Part shown: piece after piece, positions 1-8,963 of the stretch
Position numbering within the stretch: position 1 is the first letter of the stretch
How the letters are laid out: every line of letters starts with the position of its first letter
Assembly (NCBI GenBank): GCA_964536515.1
Contig: CAZHXI010000005.1
Span: 2,178-66,177 of the forward strand
Reading direction: 5' to 3'
Length of the DNA stretch: 64,000 nt
From: an uncultured Gammaproteobacteria bacterium
Lineage (GTDB): Bacteria > Patescibacteriota > Patescibacteriia > CAYZDG01
Notes under the pieces: model-generated
Databases searched by the model: none
Told to the model about the DNA's origin: nothing
Seen by the model: only the letters and a program-made list of their open reading frames with translations
Program-made: the position numbers and the translations under genes

Positions 1-52
1 AACGGGGGCAAGTTGGCGTTATCACGAACCTTTCGAAGAAGGAGGAAAGGCA

Positions 53-343
53 ATGCCCCAATACTGGAACACCACCGGACCGCTCACCGTTGTCCTGACC
101 ACGGAAGGACTGGGTAGCCCGCGGATCGAATTCATCCAACGTCGCTACGGAAATTTGGTTACCCTCGAAGGCAACCGACTAGGCATCTCCAAGGACGGCG
201 GCTGCCAGCAGTCCGTAGATAGCATTACGCTGTCGTTCTCTGGCCGGCCGATTGACTGCATGTACCTACACTACAGCGACATTGACCACATCGAAGATGC
301 AGCTGGGAATCCCGTCTGGGAGCCAGCTGCAGCCCACGCCTGA
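53..343 (+). CDS. hypothetical protein
   Basis: 96-aa ORF with strong SD (AAGGAGG) upstream and a hairpin+T tract at ~353-399. Confidence 0.65.
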   Translation: MPQYWNTTGPLTVVLTTEGLGSPRIEFIQRRYGNLVTLEGNRLGISKDGGCQQSVDSITLSFSGRPIDCMYLHYSDIDHIEDAAGNPVWEPAAAHA

Positions 344-352
344 AACGAACCC

Positions 353-399
353 GCCCCGTAGTGAGAGCTTAAACGCTCTACTACGGGGCTCAATTTTTT
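353..399 (+). terminator. intrinsic terminator
   Basis: gccccgtagt...actacggggc stem followed by aattttttc, between convergent genes. Confidence 0.6.
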
Positions 400-402
400 C
401 CG

Positions 403-1014
403 CTACAGCAGCACCGCTACGAGGAAGCAGGCCAGCGGGATGGTTAGGTTGTCGTCGAAGCCGCGGGGCGTGAATACCTCCGCCAACGAAGCGGCAGCTG
501 CCAATGCGAACGCTGCGAAGAACGAGATTGGCAGCAGCCACCACGCCAGCGCCGCGGCCAGGACGAAGCCCAGCAGTCCGGTCCAGCGGCGGTTGCGGCG
601 CACGTGCGGGCCGCCCAGCATCGGCCCGAGAATGGCGGAGAGCGCGTCGCCCACGGTGAGCATTACCAAGCTGGCCGCGGCCGCAACCGCCGCCCGCTCC
701 GGCGTCGTAACGTGCGCCTGCTCTAGCACCTTCGCCAGGACGAGGACGACCAAGCTACCCAGGAACAGGTAGGTTGCTCCCAGCCACTGGCCAGACTCAC
801 GGGGCCGGATGACGTGCTGCACCACCCAGCGCTGCCACAGGCCGTCAGACGAGGCACGCCGCCGGTACTGCTCGGCAACCAGGGCAACTAGGGTAGCTCC
901 CAGGGCCAGGAACAAAGTTACATCTAGCCCCGCGAGCGCCAGGGCAATGACCATCCATACCTGCGCAAGGTGCACGAGCTGCCGCAGCGCTTCCGGGCGG
1001 GTGAGGCTGGGCAT
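403..1014 (-). CDS. phytol/dolichol kinase-like (CTP-dependent lipid kinase family) membrane protein
   Basis: R..VH near N-terminus, GDALSAILG, C-terminal DDNLTIP motif, multiple TM helices. Confidence 0.75.
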   Translation of the reverse strand: MPSLTRPEALRQLVHLAQVWMVIALALAGLDVTLFLALGATLVALVAEQYRRRASSDGLWQRWVVQHVIRPRESGQWLGATYLFLGSLVVLVLAKVLEQAHVTTPERAAVAAAASLVMLTVGDALSAILGPMLGGPHVRRNRRWTGLLGFVLAAALAWWLLPISFFAAFALAAAASLAEVFTPRGFDDNLTIPLACFLVAVLL

Positions 1015-1076
1015 AGGTACCAGTATAGCAGAGCACCCCAGCCGTTAGAGCTGGGGTGCGTTGTTCCTGCGTTAGG

Positions 1077-2243
1077 CTAGCCCTCGGGCACGGGCACGAC
1101 CATTCTCATCAGGTCTTGAATGGCGGGGAGAGCCCAGGCAATGGAGCTGGCGGGGGCCAGGTCTTCGGAAATCTGACGCAGCATCAAACCCCACGTAACG
1201 CCCCCGCCGAAGGCGATATCGAGCACGTAGTCGCCGGGTAGCAGCTGGGGAACACCTGGATCTACCAGGTGCCGCAGGTACGCCTCGCCGAACACCAACG
1301 GCACCGCTGCCGAGGTGGTATTGCCCACTCGGGCAATATTGTCGCCGACGTAGCGGAAGCCGTAGCTTTCGAAGATGCTAGCCCTGAACCGGGCGTTGGC
1401 CTGGTGCGGGCAGACCACTATCTCGCCGGGGGCAATGCCCGTCTCCTTCAGCATAATGTCTAGGCGCTGCCGAACCAGCCTGGTGATCTTCTTGAACACC
1501 TCGGTTCCCTGCATCGTAACGCGGCGAAGCCCATCCCTAACCGATAGGTCGGGGTGAGCCGAGGTACCGGGCGGCAGCACCCGGCTGCTAATGAGCCCCT
1601 GCAGCTCGGGCGCCTGCCCGAAGTCGCTGTAAAAGAACGTGCCGCGGCTTACGGGGCAAGCCGAGATGACGTAGGCGCCGGCGGCGGCCCCGAACAGCGG
1701 AAAGGACGCCCGGTCGGTGTAGTCGCCGGCCTCCGGCATGTTGTCGGCCCCGAAGACCAGAACGTGCTTCGCCAGCCCCGACCGTACCAACGCCAGCGCG
1801 TGCCTCTCGGCGTACAGGAAGGAGCTGCAGGCAGCGGTCTCATCCGAGCCCGGCACCTGCACGCCCAGCTCGCCGGCAACCCTCGCCGCCTCGGTGGGCC
1901 AGTGCATGAACGGGGTAACCGTTGCGCCGATTATCGCTCCCAGCTTGTGGGGCATTACACCGGCGACCTCCAGCGCCCGCCGGCAAGCTTCCACGGTGTG
2001 GCTCAGCATATCCTCACGCCGCTCCAGCCAACGCCGCTGTAGAATGCCCGTTCGCGGCCAGTACCACTCGGCCGTGGTTGGCTCACCCCGGGCAATGTTC
2101 TCGCTCTCCAGGGGCTGCAGCTGTGGGATCATGTCTCGAACGACCTCCTCGTTCGTTACGATTCGCGGGGGCAGCGAGAAGCCGAACCCGGTAACGTCGG
2201 CGCCGAATGCCTCGGAGCCAATCCTACTAATTCTTGTAACCAT
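1077..2243 (-). CDS. fabH: 3-oxoacyl-ACP synthase III (FabH family)
   Basis: AACSSF (Cys), PHQAN (His), GNTTSA (Asn), FGGGVTW; start reassigned to ATG 2243 (GAGG SD, TTGACG..TAGGGT promoter). Confidence 0.85.
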   Translation of the reverse strand: MVTRISRIGSEAFGADVTGFGFSLPPRIVTNEEVVRDMIPQLQPLESENIARGEPTTAEWYWPRTGILQRRWLERREDMLSHTVEACRRALEVAGVMPHKLGAIIGATVTPFMHWPTEAARVAGELGVQVPGSDETAACSSFLYAERHALALVRSGLAKHVLVFGADNMPEAGDYTDRASFPLFGAAAGAYVISACPVSRGTFFYSDFGQAPELQGLISSRVLPPGTSAHPDLSVRDGLRRVTMQGTEVFKKITRLVRQRLDIMLKETGIAPGEIVVCPHQANARFRASIFESYGFRYVGDNIARVGNTTSAAVPLVFGEAYLRHLVDPGVPQLLPGDYVLDIAFGGGVTWGLMLRQISEDLAPASSIAWALPAIQDLMRMVVPVPEG

Positions 2244-2341
2244 TTCTGCCTCACATTTATGGTGTTTGTTCAGGTTCAAAAGTCGGCCCAACCCTACCAC
2301 GTCGGGTGGCGGCGTCAAAGCTGGGTGGGTACACTAGCCCC

Positions 2342-3259
2342 ATGCCCGAGCTGACCCTACCCCGCGCCATTCTGGAGGCAGTCGCCTGGGCCGACGGCTT
2401 CGACCTGGCCCTGACGCCGTTCGAGGTCTGGCAGCAGCTACCCATCCAGGCTTCGCTAGCAGACGTATCCGAAGCGCTACGGAACGACCCCGAGCTCACC
2501 CCGCGGCTGCTGCAACGGGACGGCCTGGTCATGCTCGCCGGACGGGAGAGCCTCATCGCCGAGCGACGCCGTCGCATTGCCCTAGCCTGGCCCAAGTTCC
2601 GCAAGATGCGTCGGCTGGCAGCCGTCCTCGCCCGCATGCCCTTCGTGAGGATGGTAGCGGCTTGCAATACCCTGGCGCTGGGCCACGCCAAGCAATCTGC
2701 AGACCTAGACCTACTGGTGGTGGCATCAGCCGGAAGGCTGTGGTCGTGCCGCATGCTGTGCGTTGCCGCCGCCAAGCTGCTGGGCGGCCGTCCGTCGCCA
2801 CGTCGCCACGCCGACCGCTACTGCCTCAGCTTCTACCTGGCCGAGGACGGCATGGACGTCTCCCGTTTCCAGAATCCGCCGGGGGCAGACACCTACCTAG
2901 CGGCGTGGACCTCTTGGGTGCTGCCGCTGTACGACGCCGGTGGAACGGCAGCCGCGTTCGCCCAGGCCAATAGCTGGGTTACGCAGCGGCTGCCGCAAGC
3001 TACCTGGGAAGCCGTTACTCCGCGGTGGCGTGCCAACGCCCGAAAGGTTTCAGCGCTGCTGGTTGAGGGCGCGTGGAGCGACACCATGGAAAGGTTCATG
3101 GAGAAGATGCAGCGTACCTACCTGCCGGAAGCCCTGCGTGCTGCTGCCGCAGACCAAGGCACCGGCGTCGTCTTGGACCGAACCGCGCTCAAGCTGCACC
3201 TAGATGACAGGCGCCACGATATCAACGATAAGTTTGAACGAAAGCTAGCCACGCTATGA
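2342..3259 (+). CDS. nucleotidyltransferase-domain protein
   Basis: PFVRMVAACNTLA...SADLDLLVV resembles the NTase GS..DxD signature; TACACT -10 just upstream of ATG 2342. Confidence 0.65.
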   Translation: MPELTLPRAILEAVAWADGFDLALTPFEVWQQLPIQASLADVSEALRNDPELTPRLLQRDGLVMLAGRESLIAERRRRIALAWPKFRKMRRLAAVLARMPFVRMVAACNTLALGHAKQSADLDLLVVASAGRLWSCRMLCVAAAKLLGGRPSPRRHADRYCLSFYLAEDGMDVSRFQNPPGADTYLAAWTSWVLPLYDAGGTAAAFAQANSWVTQRLPQATWEAVTPRWRANARKVSALLVEGAWSDTMERFMEKMQRTYLPEALRAAAADQGTGVVLDRTALKLHLDDRRHDINDKFERKLATL

Positions 3260-4482
3260 CCCACGAACGTTGGAACCAGCTCGCCCACTGGGGCTTACTC
3301 GCCCTCATCTTCCTACTGCCGTGGCAGACGAGGTGGATTATTTCGGGCGACGCCAGCTGGCCGTACGGGCAAATCAGCCTGTACGCCACGCAGCTGCTGC
3401 TGTTCGCCGTGGTCGCTGCCACGCTGCTGAGCAAACCGGACTGGAAAAACCTGCGACGCTACTGGCCGGCGTGGCTGCTAGAGTTCTGGGCCATTGCGGC
3501 CGTGGTCTGGTCTGCCAACCAAGGCGTAGCTCTGTACCACGCCAGCCTTATCATCTGCGCCGTGCTGCTGGGCGAGTGCGTGCTGATGCTAAAGCCAGAT
3601 CCCAAACGGATTGCCACCGTTCTATTTGGTGCCGGGATGATCCAAGCCCTGCTGGCTATCTCGCAGTTCGCCAGCCAGCACGTCTTCGCCAGCACCATCC
3701 TTGGCCTAGCCGAACACACGGCCGCAGCTGGGCACTCCGTGCTACAGACCGGCTGCGGATTGATCATGCGCGCCTACGGCACGCTGCCCCACCCCAACAT
3801 CCTGGGTGCGTGGCTGGCGGTCGGCTGGCTGTGCGGTTTGGCGATTCGGATTCCGCTGGGCCGCGGGACGAGGGGTGAGACGCAGCGCGCTGCGTCTATA
3901 CGAATGATCCTATCTGCCGGGCTGGGGATCATTGCCATGGGTCTACTAATGACATTCTCCCGCGGGGCGTGGCTGGCGACGGCCGTGGGTACGATCTGGA
4001 TTCTCATCGTGGCAGGTAAGCAGATCTCGTGGCGTCGTGCTGCAGCGAGCGGCGCGTTAATTACCATTGCCGCAGTGGCCCTAGCGTTGCCGCTGGCCGG
4101 GATTATCGGCGGGCGGCTGCCGGGTAACGATGCAACGCTGGAGCAGCTGTCGTACTCGGATAGAAGGCAGAGCCTAACGGACGGGTGGCGATCGCTCGTC
4201 GCCGCTCCCCTGCTCGGGCAGGGCGTGGCAGAGCTGAAGGAACCCCCGCACCTTGTGCCGCTAGCTATTGCCGTAGACCTCGGATTGATCGGCCTCATCT
4301 TCGCCCTATTGCTAGCGTGGACCATGCGGCCCCAGCTGCTTGGCTGGTACGCGCCGCTGTGGGCCGTGCCGTTGGTCTCCGGCTTGGTAGACCACCACTG
4401 GTGGACGTTGTGGCCCGGCCTGGCGCTCGGCGCCCTGATAATCGCGCTGCCGAAAGCTGGTATGCGAGTAGACGGGAGGTGA
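3256..4482 (+). CDS. O-antigen ligase/Wzy-like membrane protein
   Basis: RAYGTLPHPN, TFSRGAW, PLLGQG, PH motif, many TM segments; ATGA overlap with upstream gene. Confidence 0.8.
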   Translation: MTHERWNQLAHWGLLALIFLLPWQTRWIISGDASWPYGQISLYATQLLLFAVVAATLLSKPDWKNLRRYWPAWLLEFWAIAAVVWSANQGVALYHASLIICAVLLGECVLMLKPDPKRIATVLFGAGMIQALLAISQFASQHVFASTILGLAEHTAAAGHSVLQTGCGLIMRAYGTLPHPNILGAWLAVGWLCGLAIRIPLGRGTRGETQRAASIRMILSAGLGIIAMGLLMTFSRGAWLATAVGTIWILIVAGKQISWRRAAASGALITIAAVALALPLAGIIGGRLPGNDATLEQLSYSDRRQSLTDGWRSLVAAPLLGQGVAELKEPPHLVPLAIAVDLGLIGLIFALLLAWTMRPQLLGWYAPLWAVPLVSGLVDHHWWTLWPGLALGALIIALPKAGMRVDGR

Positions 4483-4489
4483 CGGCACC

Positions 4490-4518
4490 TTGACACGATA
4501 CAATTCTTGCAGTAAGTT
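4490..4518 (+). promoter_or_regulatory. sigma70 promoter
   Basis: TTGACA-17 nt-TAAGTT. Confidence 0.6.
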
Positions 4519-4562
4519 CTCGGATTCGAAAACCAAACACCTTAAAATAAGGAACTAAAAAA

Positions 4563-5087
4563 TTGAAAACGAGTCCCGTTGGAACCAGCCCCTTCCTAAC
4601 CCACGAAACCGTTGCCGCAGCGATCGAGGCGCTGAAACCGACCATCCAGCACCTGCTGGCAGCCGGAAAACTAAAGCGCGGCACCATGCACATCGTTGTG
4701 GTCAACCCATTTCTGGCCGCAAGCTCTGATGGCCTCGAAGGATGGGTCGAGGACGGCGGCATCCTGCATGAGGAGACCGTAGTCATCGACGACCAGATTT
4801 GCGACGCTTCTCCCTATGTCGAATTCGCCCGTCTGAAGGCGTACCAAACCTGGCGGTGCGGCTACCCCACCGGAGAAGTTATGGCGCGAGCTCCGCACCT
4901 ACTGCAGACGGGAGACACCGTCTACGGCGGATCTGCCACCTTCTGCGGCCTCATCTGCGCGGTCAGCGGTCAGCCCGCTATTATGGATGAAGCCCTGGCC
5001 GGTATGCTGCTGAATCTTATCGTGGGACAAAGTCGAATGGCGGCAGCCGAAACGATCCCCCACATCGAGAGCGGCGTGGTCGGATAA
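4563..5087 (+). CDS. GlcG/HbpS-like (heme-binding fold) protein
   Basis: ARLKAYQT ... GG ... AVSG....D pattern; AAGGA SD, TTG start. Confidence 0.55.
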   Translation: MKTSPVGTSPFLTHETVAAAIEALKPTIQHLLAAGKLKRGTMHIVVVNPFLAASSDGLEGWVEDGGILHEETVVIDDQICDASPYVEFARLKAYQTWRCGYPTGEVMARAPHLLQTGDTVYGGSATFCGLICAVSGQPAIMDEALAGMLLNLIVGQSRMAAAETIPHIESGVVG

Positions 5088-5102
5088 CGGTGAAGAGACT
5101 AT

Positions 5103-5134
5103 GCGGGCGCCCGGAACGGGCGCCCGCTTTCTTT
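5103..5134 (+). terminator. intrinsic terminator
   Basis: gcgggcgccc-ggaac-gggcgcccgc followed by tttcttt. Confidence 0.7.
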
Positions 5135-5181
5135 GTCCATGCTTGCCTTGCGCTCCCCCGCAGCCTAACCTATACGCAACT

Positions 5182-5772
5182 ATGGCAGACCTCACCCGAG
5201 ACCTAGACTTCCTCTTCGAGGTCGGCTCGCTGCGCAACGTGGTGCGGGGCTGGCGGCAGCACCTGGGCATGGACTGCTCCAGCGTGCTGGAGCACACCCT
5301 GCGCGTAGCCTGGCTGGCGCTCATCATCGCCCGGCGCGAGGGCGGCTGCGACGAGGGCAAGGTGCTGAAGATGGCCATGCTGCACGACCTGGCGGAGACC
5401 CGCACCAGCGACCACAGCTACGTGCAGAAGGTGTACGTCTCCGCCGACGAGAAAATGGCGACGGACGAGACGCTCGCCGGAACCACGCTTTCGGACATGC
5501 GTGAGGTTCTTGCGGAGTTCGAGGCGCAGCAGACGCTGGAAGCCAAGGTGGTCAAGGACGCCGACAACCTGGATATCGACATCGAGCTACGCGAGCTAGC
5601 CGAGCGCGGCTCGCAGCTACCCGCCAAGTGGACGAAAAACCGGCAGCTGGTGCGCGACACAAAGCTGCACACCGATACCGCCCGGCAGCTGTGGGACGCC
5701 GCCCAGTCGGCAGACCCCGCTGCCTGGCACCTAGCCGCCAACAAGCACGTCAGGCCAGAGCGGGGCGCGTAG
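5182..5772 (+). CDS. HD-domain phosphohydrolase (YfbR/HDDC2-like)
   Basis: R.GW, SVLEHT, LHDLAE, KDADNLD motifs. Confidence 0.85.
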   Translation: MADLTRDLDFLFEVGSLRNVVRGWRQHLGMDCSSVLEHTLRVAWLALIIARREGGCDEGKVLKMAMLHDLAETRTSDHSYVQKVYVSADEKMATDETLAGTTLSDMREVLAEFEAQQTLEAKVVKDADNLDIDIELRELAERGSQLPAKWTKNRQLVRDTKLHTDTARQLWDAAQSADPAAWHLAANKHVRPERGA

Positions 5773-8491
5773 ACTTGCGGTGCAGCCTGGCCACCGCCTT
5801 GCGCACCTCCTCCACTACAATTACCGAGGCGGCGACGGGAATAATCATGAGCCAGTCGTTGAGCGACAGCGGCACGGTACGCAGCAGGCCCTGCAGCGGC
5901 GGCCAGTAGATCGCCAGCATGTGCAGCGTTACGGTTACCGCCGTGGCGCCCAGCAGGTAGGGGTTAGCCAGGGGGTTCATGCGGAATGCGGAGCGGTCGG
6001 CCGAGCGACAGTTCCAGGCGTTGAACCACTGGAATACGGTCAGCGTGGTTAGCGCCACCGTGCCCGCCTTCACCAGGTCCTCGCCCATGTAGCGGCTGAA
6101 CATCAGCAGCGTGCCGGCGGCCATTGGCAGCGCCATTACCGCCATGCGCCGCACCGAAGCCGCATCGACCAGCGAGCGGCTGGCGGCCGAGGGGCGGCCG
6201 TCCAATAGCCCCGGCTCACGCGGCTCCATGCCCAGCGACACATCTAGGAATGTATCGGTAACGAAGTTTAGCCAGATAATCTGCGCCGCCAGCAGCGGCA
6301 GCGGCATGCCCAGCGCCAGTGCCACGGCGATCACCAGCAGCTCGGCGAAGCTGGTGGAGAACAGGTACTGTATGACCTTCTTGATGGTGCGGATGGTGCT
6401 GCGGCCCTCCTCTACCGCTGCGACGATGCTGCTGAAGTTGTCGTCGAGAAGCACTATATCCGCCGCCTCCTTGGCTACCTCGGTACCGATCTTGCCCATG
6501 GCTACGCCCAGGTCGGCGGCGACCAGGGACGGCGCGTCGTTCACCCCGTCACCGGTCATGGCCACCACCTCGCCCCGGCTGCGGTACGCGTTGATGATGC
6601 GCAGCTTGTGCTCGGGGGTTACGCGGGCGAAGACCGAGACGCTGGCCAGCTGCTGGGCTAGGGCGGCGTCGTCTAGGCTATCTACCTCGGCACCGGTGAG
6701 CACCGTGTCGCCGGCGCGGAATATGCCAGCCTCACGGGCTACGGCACGAGCGGTAATACGGTTGTCTCCGGTAATCATGACTACCCGAATGCCGGCACCC
6801 TGGGCCCGCGCTACGGCCGGCCTCACCTCGGGCCTCAGCCCGTCCTTCATGGCGAAGAAGGCGACGAACGTCATGCCCGCTAGGTCGCCCGGCGCCAGGC
6901 TCTTGCCGCTGCGGCTGGCAATAGCCCCGGCGATAACCCTCAAGCCGGCGCGAGAGAACTTGGTGAACTCCTGCTCTAGCCGGCGTCGCTGCTCCTGGTC
7001 CATCGCCATCGTCCCGGACGGACCCTGCAGGTGGGTGCACGCGGCGAGGATAACCTCGGGAGCTCCCACGGCTGCCAGAACGTTGCCGCCGTCGCCCCGG
7101 TGCAGCGCGGCCCGGTACTTGAGGCGGTAGTCGAACGGCACCTCGGCCAGCAGCGGCTGCTCGTTGACCAGGTCGTCGCGGTGGAAGCCCAGCTTGCGGC
7201 TGAGCACCAGGAGCGCCGCCTCGGTGGGGTCGCCGGCCACCCGCCAGCGCTTGGTCGCCTCGTCGTAGACCACGCGCGCCGCGGCGCACAGCGCGGCCAC
7301 CCGGCCCGCCAGCAGCAGCTCGGGATGGCTAGCCGGGTCCACCGTGCCGCCGCCGCGGCGCACCTCGCCGGCTGGATCGTAGCCGCTGCCCGAGACGTCG
7401 AACGCCTCGCCGGCTGCGTACACCTTCTGCACCACCATTTCGTTCTTGGTAATGGTTCCGGTCTTATCTACCGCTACCACGCTCGCCTGACCCAGCGCCT
7501 CCACGGCCTGCAGCCGCTTGACCAGGGCATTCCGCTTGGACATACGCCACACGCCCGTGGCGAGAACCAGCGTGAGGACGATTGGTAGGCCCTCGGGGAT
7601 AATCGAGACGGCCAGCGAAACCACGGTGGCGAACATCTCGCCCACGGGACGCCCGGCCAGCGTGCCGCCCACGAACAGCAGCACGCTCACGGCGCCCACG
7701 GCAGCCACGATGGCGCGCGATAGCCTACGGACGTTCGCCTTCAGCGGAACCTCGGCGTCTATGCCAACCAGCTTCTGCGCAATGCGCCCCACGGCGGTAC
7801 CGGAGCCGGTGGCTACGGCCACGGCCCGGCCGCTGCCGGTGAGCACGTGCGTTCCCTTGAATACCATGTTCTTCTGGTCCGCCATCGGCACCTCGCCACG
7901 CAGCGCCGACTCTGCCTTGTGCACGGGCGTTGACTCGCCGGTAAGGGGAGCCTCGTCTACCGCCAGGTTGCTGGCGGCTAGTACCCGTGCGTCTGCGGGA
8001 ATGCGCTCTCCCTCCTGCAGCACCAGGGTATCGCCGGGCACCACCTCGGCGTCTGGAACGATTGCCTCTCGGCCGTCTCGGAGGACTGTGGCCGTGGTAG
8101 CCACGAACTTCCGTAGGGCGGCGAGGGTGTTCTGCGCCCGCCCCTCCTGCAGGGCGCCCACGCCAGCGTTGAACAGCAGCACCGCGCCGATGATGGCGGC
8201 ATCCACGGCGTCGCCCATTGCCAGGACCGCAACGGCAGCTGCGGCGAGGACGTAGATGAGCGGGCTCTGGAACTGGCGGACGAAGATGCGCGCCAGGCTC
8301 TCGGCGGCGGCGGCCGGCAGCTCGTTACGGCCGAACTGCGCCAGCCTAGCCGCCGCACCGGAGGCGGTTACACCGGCGGCCGTTACGCCCAGGGCTGACA
8401 GCGCCGCAGCCCCCGACTTGGCGTACCAGCGCTGGTCACGCTCAGCGGGACGCCTATCCGCCGACGCCTCAGTTGAGGTGGACGATGGCAT
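5750..8491 (-). CDS. cation (Ca2+-type, P2A) P-type ATPase
   Basis: TGES, IPEGLP, DKTGT, MITGD, TGDGVND motifs. Confidence 0.92.
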   Translation of the reverse strand: MPSSTSTEASADRRPAERDQRWYAKSGAAALSALGVTAAGVTASGAAARLAQFGRNELPAAAAESLARIFVRQFQSPLIYVLAAAAVAVLAMGDAVDAAIIGAVLLFNAGVGALQEGRAQNTLAALRKFVATTATVLRDGREAIVPDAEVVPGDTLVLQEGERIPADARVLAASNLAVDEAPLTGESTPVHKAESALRGEVPMADQKNMVFKGTHVLTGSGRAVAVATGSGTAVGRIAQKLVGIDAEVPLKANVRRLSRAIVAAVGAVSVLLFVGGTLAGRPVGEMFATVVSLAVSIIPEGLPIVLTLVLATGVWRMSKRNALVKRLQAVEALGQASVVAVDKTGTITKNEMVVQKVYAAGEAFDVSGSGYDPAGEVRRGGGTVDPASHPELLLAGRVAALCAAARVVYDEATKRWRVAGDPTEAALLVLSRKLGFHRDDLVNEQPLLAEVPFDYRLKYRAALHRGDGGNVLAAVGAPEVILAACTHLQGPSGTMAMDQEQRRRLEQEFTKFSRAGLRVIAGAIASRSGKSLAPGDLAGMTFVAFFAMKDGLRPEVRPAVARAQGAGIRVVMITGDNRITARAVAREAGIFRAGDTVLTGAEVDSLDDAALAQQLASVSVFARVTPEHKLRIINAYRSRGEVVAMTGDGVNDAPSLVAADLGVAMGKIGTEVAKEAADIVLLDDNFSSIVAAVEEGRSTIRTIKKVIQYLFSTSFAELLVIAVALALGMPLPLLAAQIIWLNFVTDTFLDVSLGMEPREPGLLDGRPSAASRSLVDAASVRRMAVMALPMAAGTLLMFSRYMGEDLVKAGTVALTTLTVFQWFNAWNCRSADRSAFRMNPLANPYLLGATAVTVTLHMLAIYWPPLQGLLRTVPLSLNDWLMIIPVAASVIVVEEVRKAVARLHRKSTRPALA

Positions 8492-8945
8492 AGTTTAGGC
8501 ACGATGCGAACGTTACCCAGGCCAGGTACGGAGCCAGGAGCCAAGCAGCCGCTGGGCGAACCCGGCCGAACGTTAGAATGGTCGCGAGAATCGCCACCCA
8601 CAGCACGGCAATTTCGGCGAAAGCCCACAGCGGCTGCCGCAGGCCAAAGAACAGCGCAGACCACAGCACGTTCAGTCCCAGCTGCACGCCGAAGGTAACG
8701 TAGGCTGCCCGCGCCAGCTGCCGCGGCGCACGGCGACGCCACACCAGGAACAGCGCCACGCCCATGAGCACGAACAGCGTGGTCCACGCCGGGCCGAACA
8801 GCCAGCTGGGTGGGGTGAAGCTGGGCTTTACCAGCTGGCTGTACCACCCAGGAATGGCGGGGCTGGTGAACAGCGCACCGATGCCCCCCGCCAGCTGCGG
8901 CAGCGCCAGAGAGGCGACGAGCTTGAGCCAATCTGAACGACGCAT
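8469..8945 (-). CDS. tspO: TspO/MBR tryptophan-rich sensory protein
   Basis: WYSQLVKPSFTPPSWLFGPAWT, LNVLWSALFFG, PYLAWVTFA. Confidence 0.92.
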   Translation of the reverse strand: MRRSDWLKLVASLALPQLAGGIGALFTSPAIPGWYSQLVKPSFTPPSWLFGPAWTTLFVLMGVALFLVWRRRAPRQLARAAYVTFGVQLGLNVLWSALFFGLRQPLWAFAEIAVLWVAILATILTFGRVRPAAAWLLAPYLAWVTFASCLNYAIVHLN

Positions 8946-8963
8946 GCCTGAATTATACAGCAG

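Noticed and set aside
5780-8498. Long plus-strand ORFs opposite the ATPase (likewise 14259..16300, 42637..43722)
   Set aside because: GC-rich antisense shadows of well-supported genes
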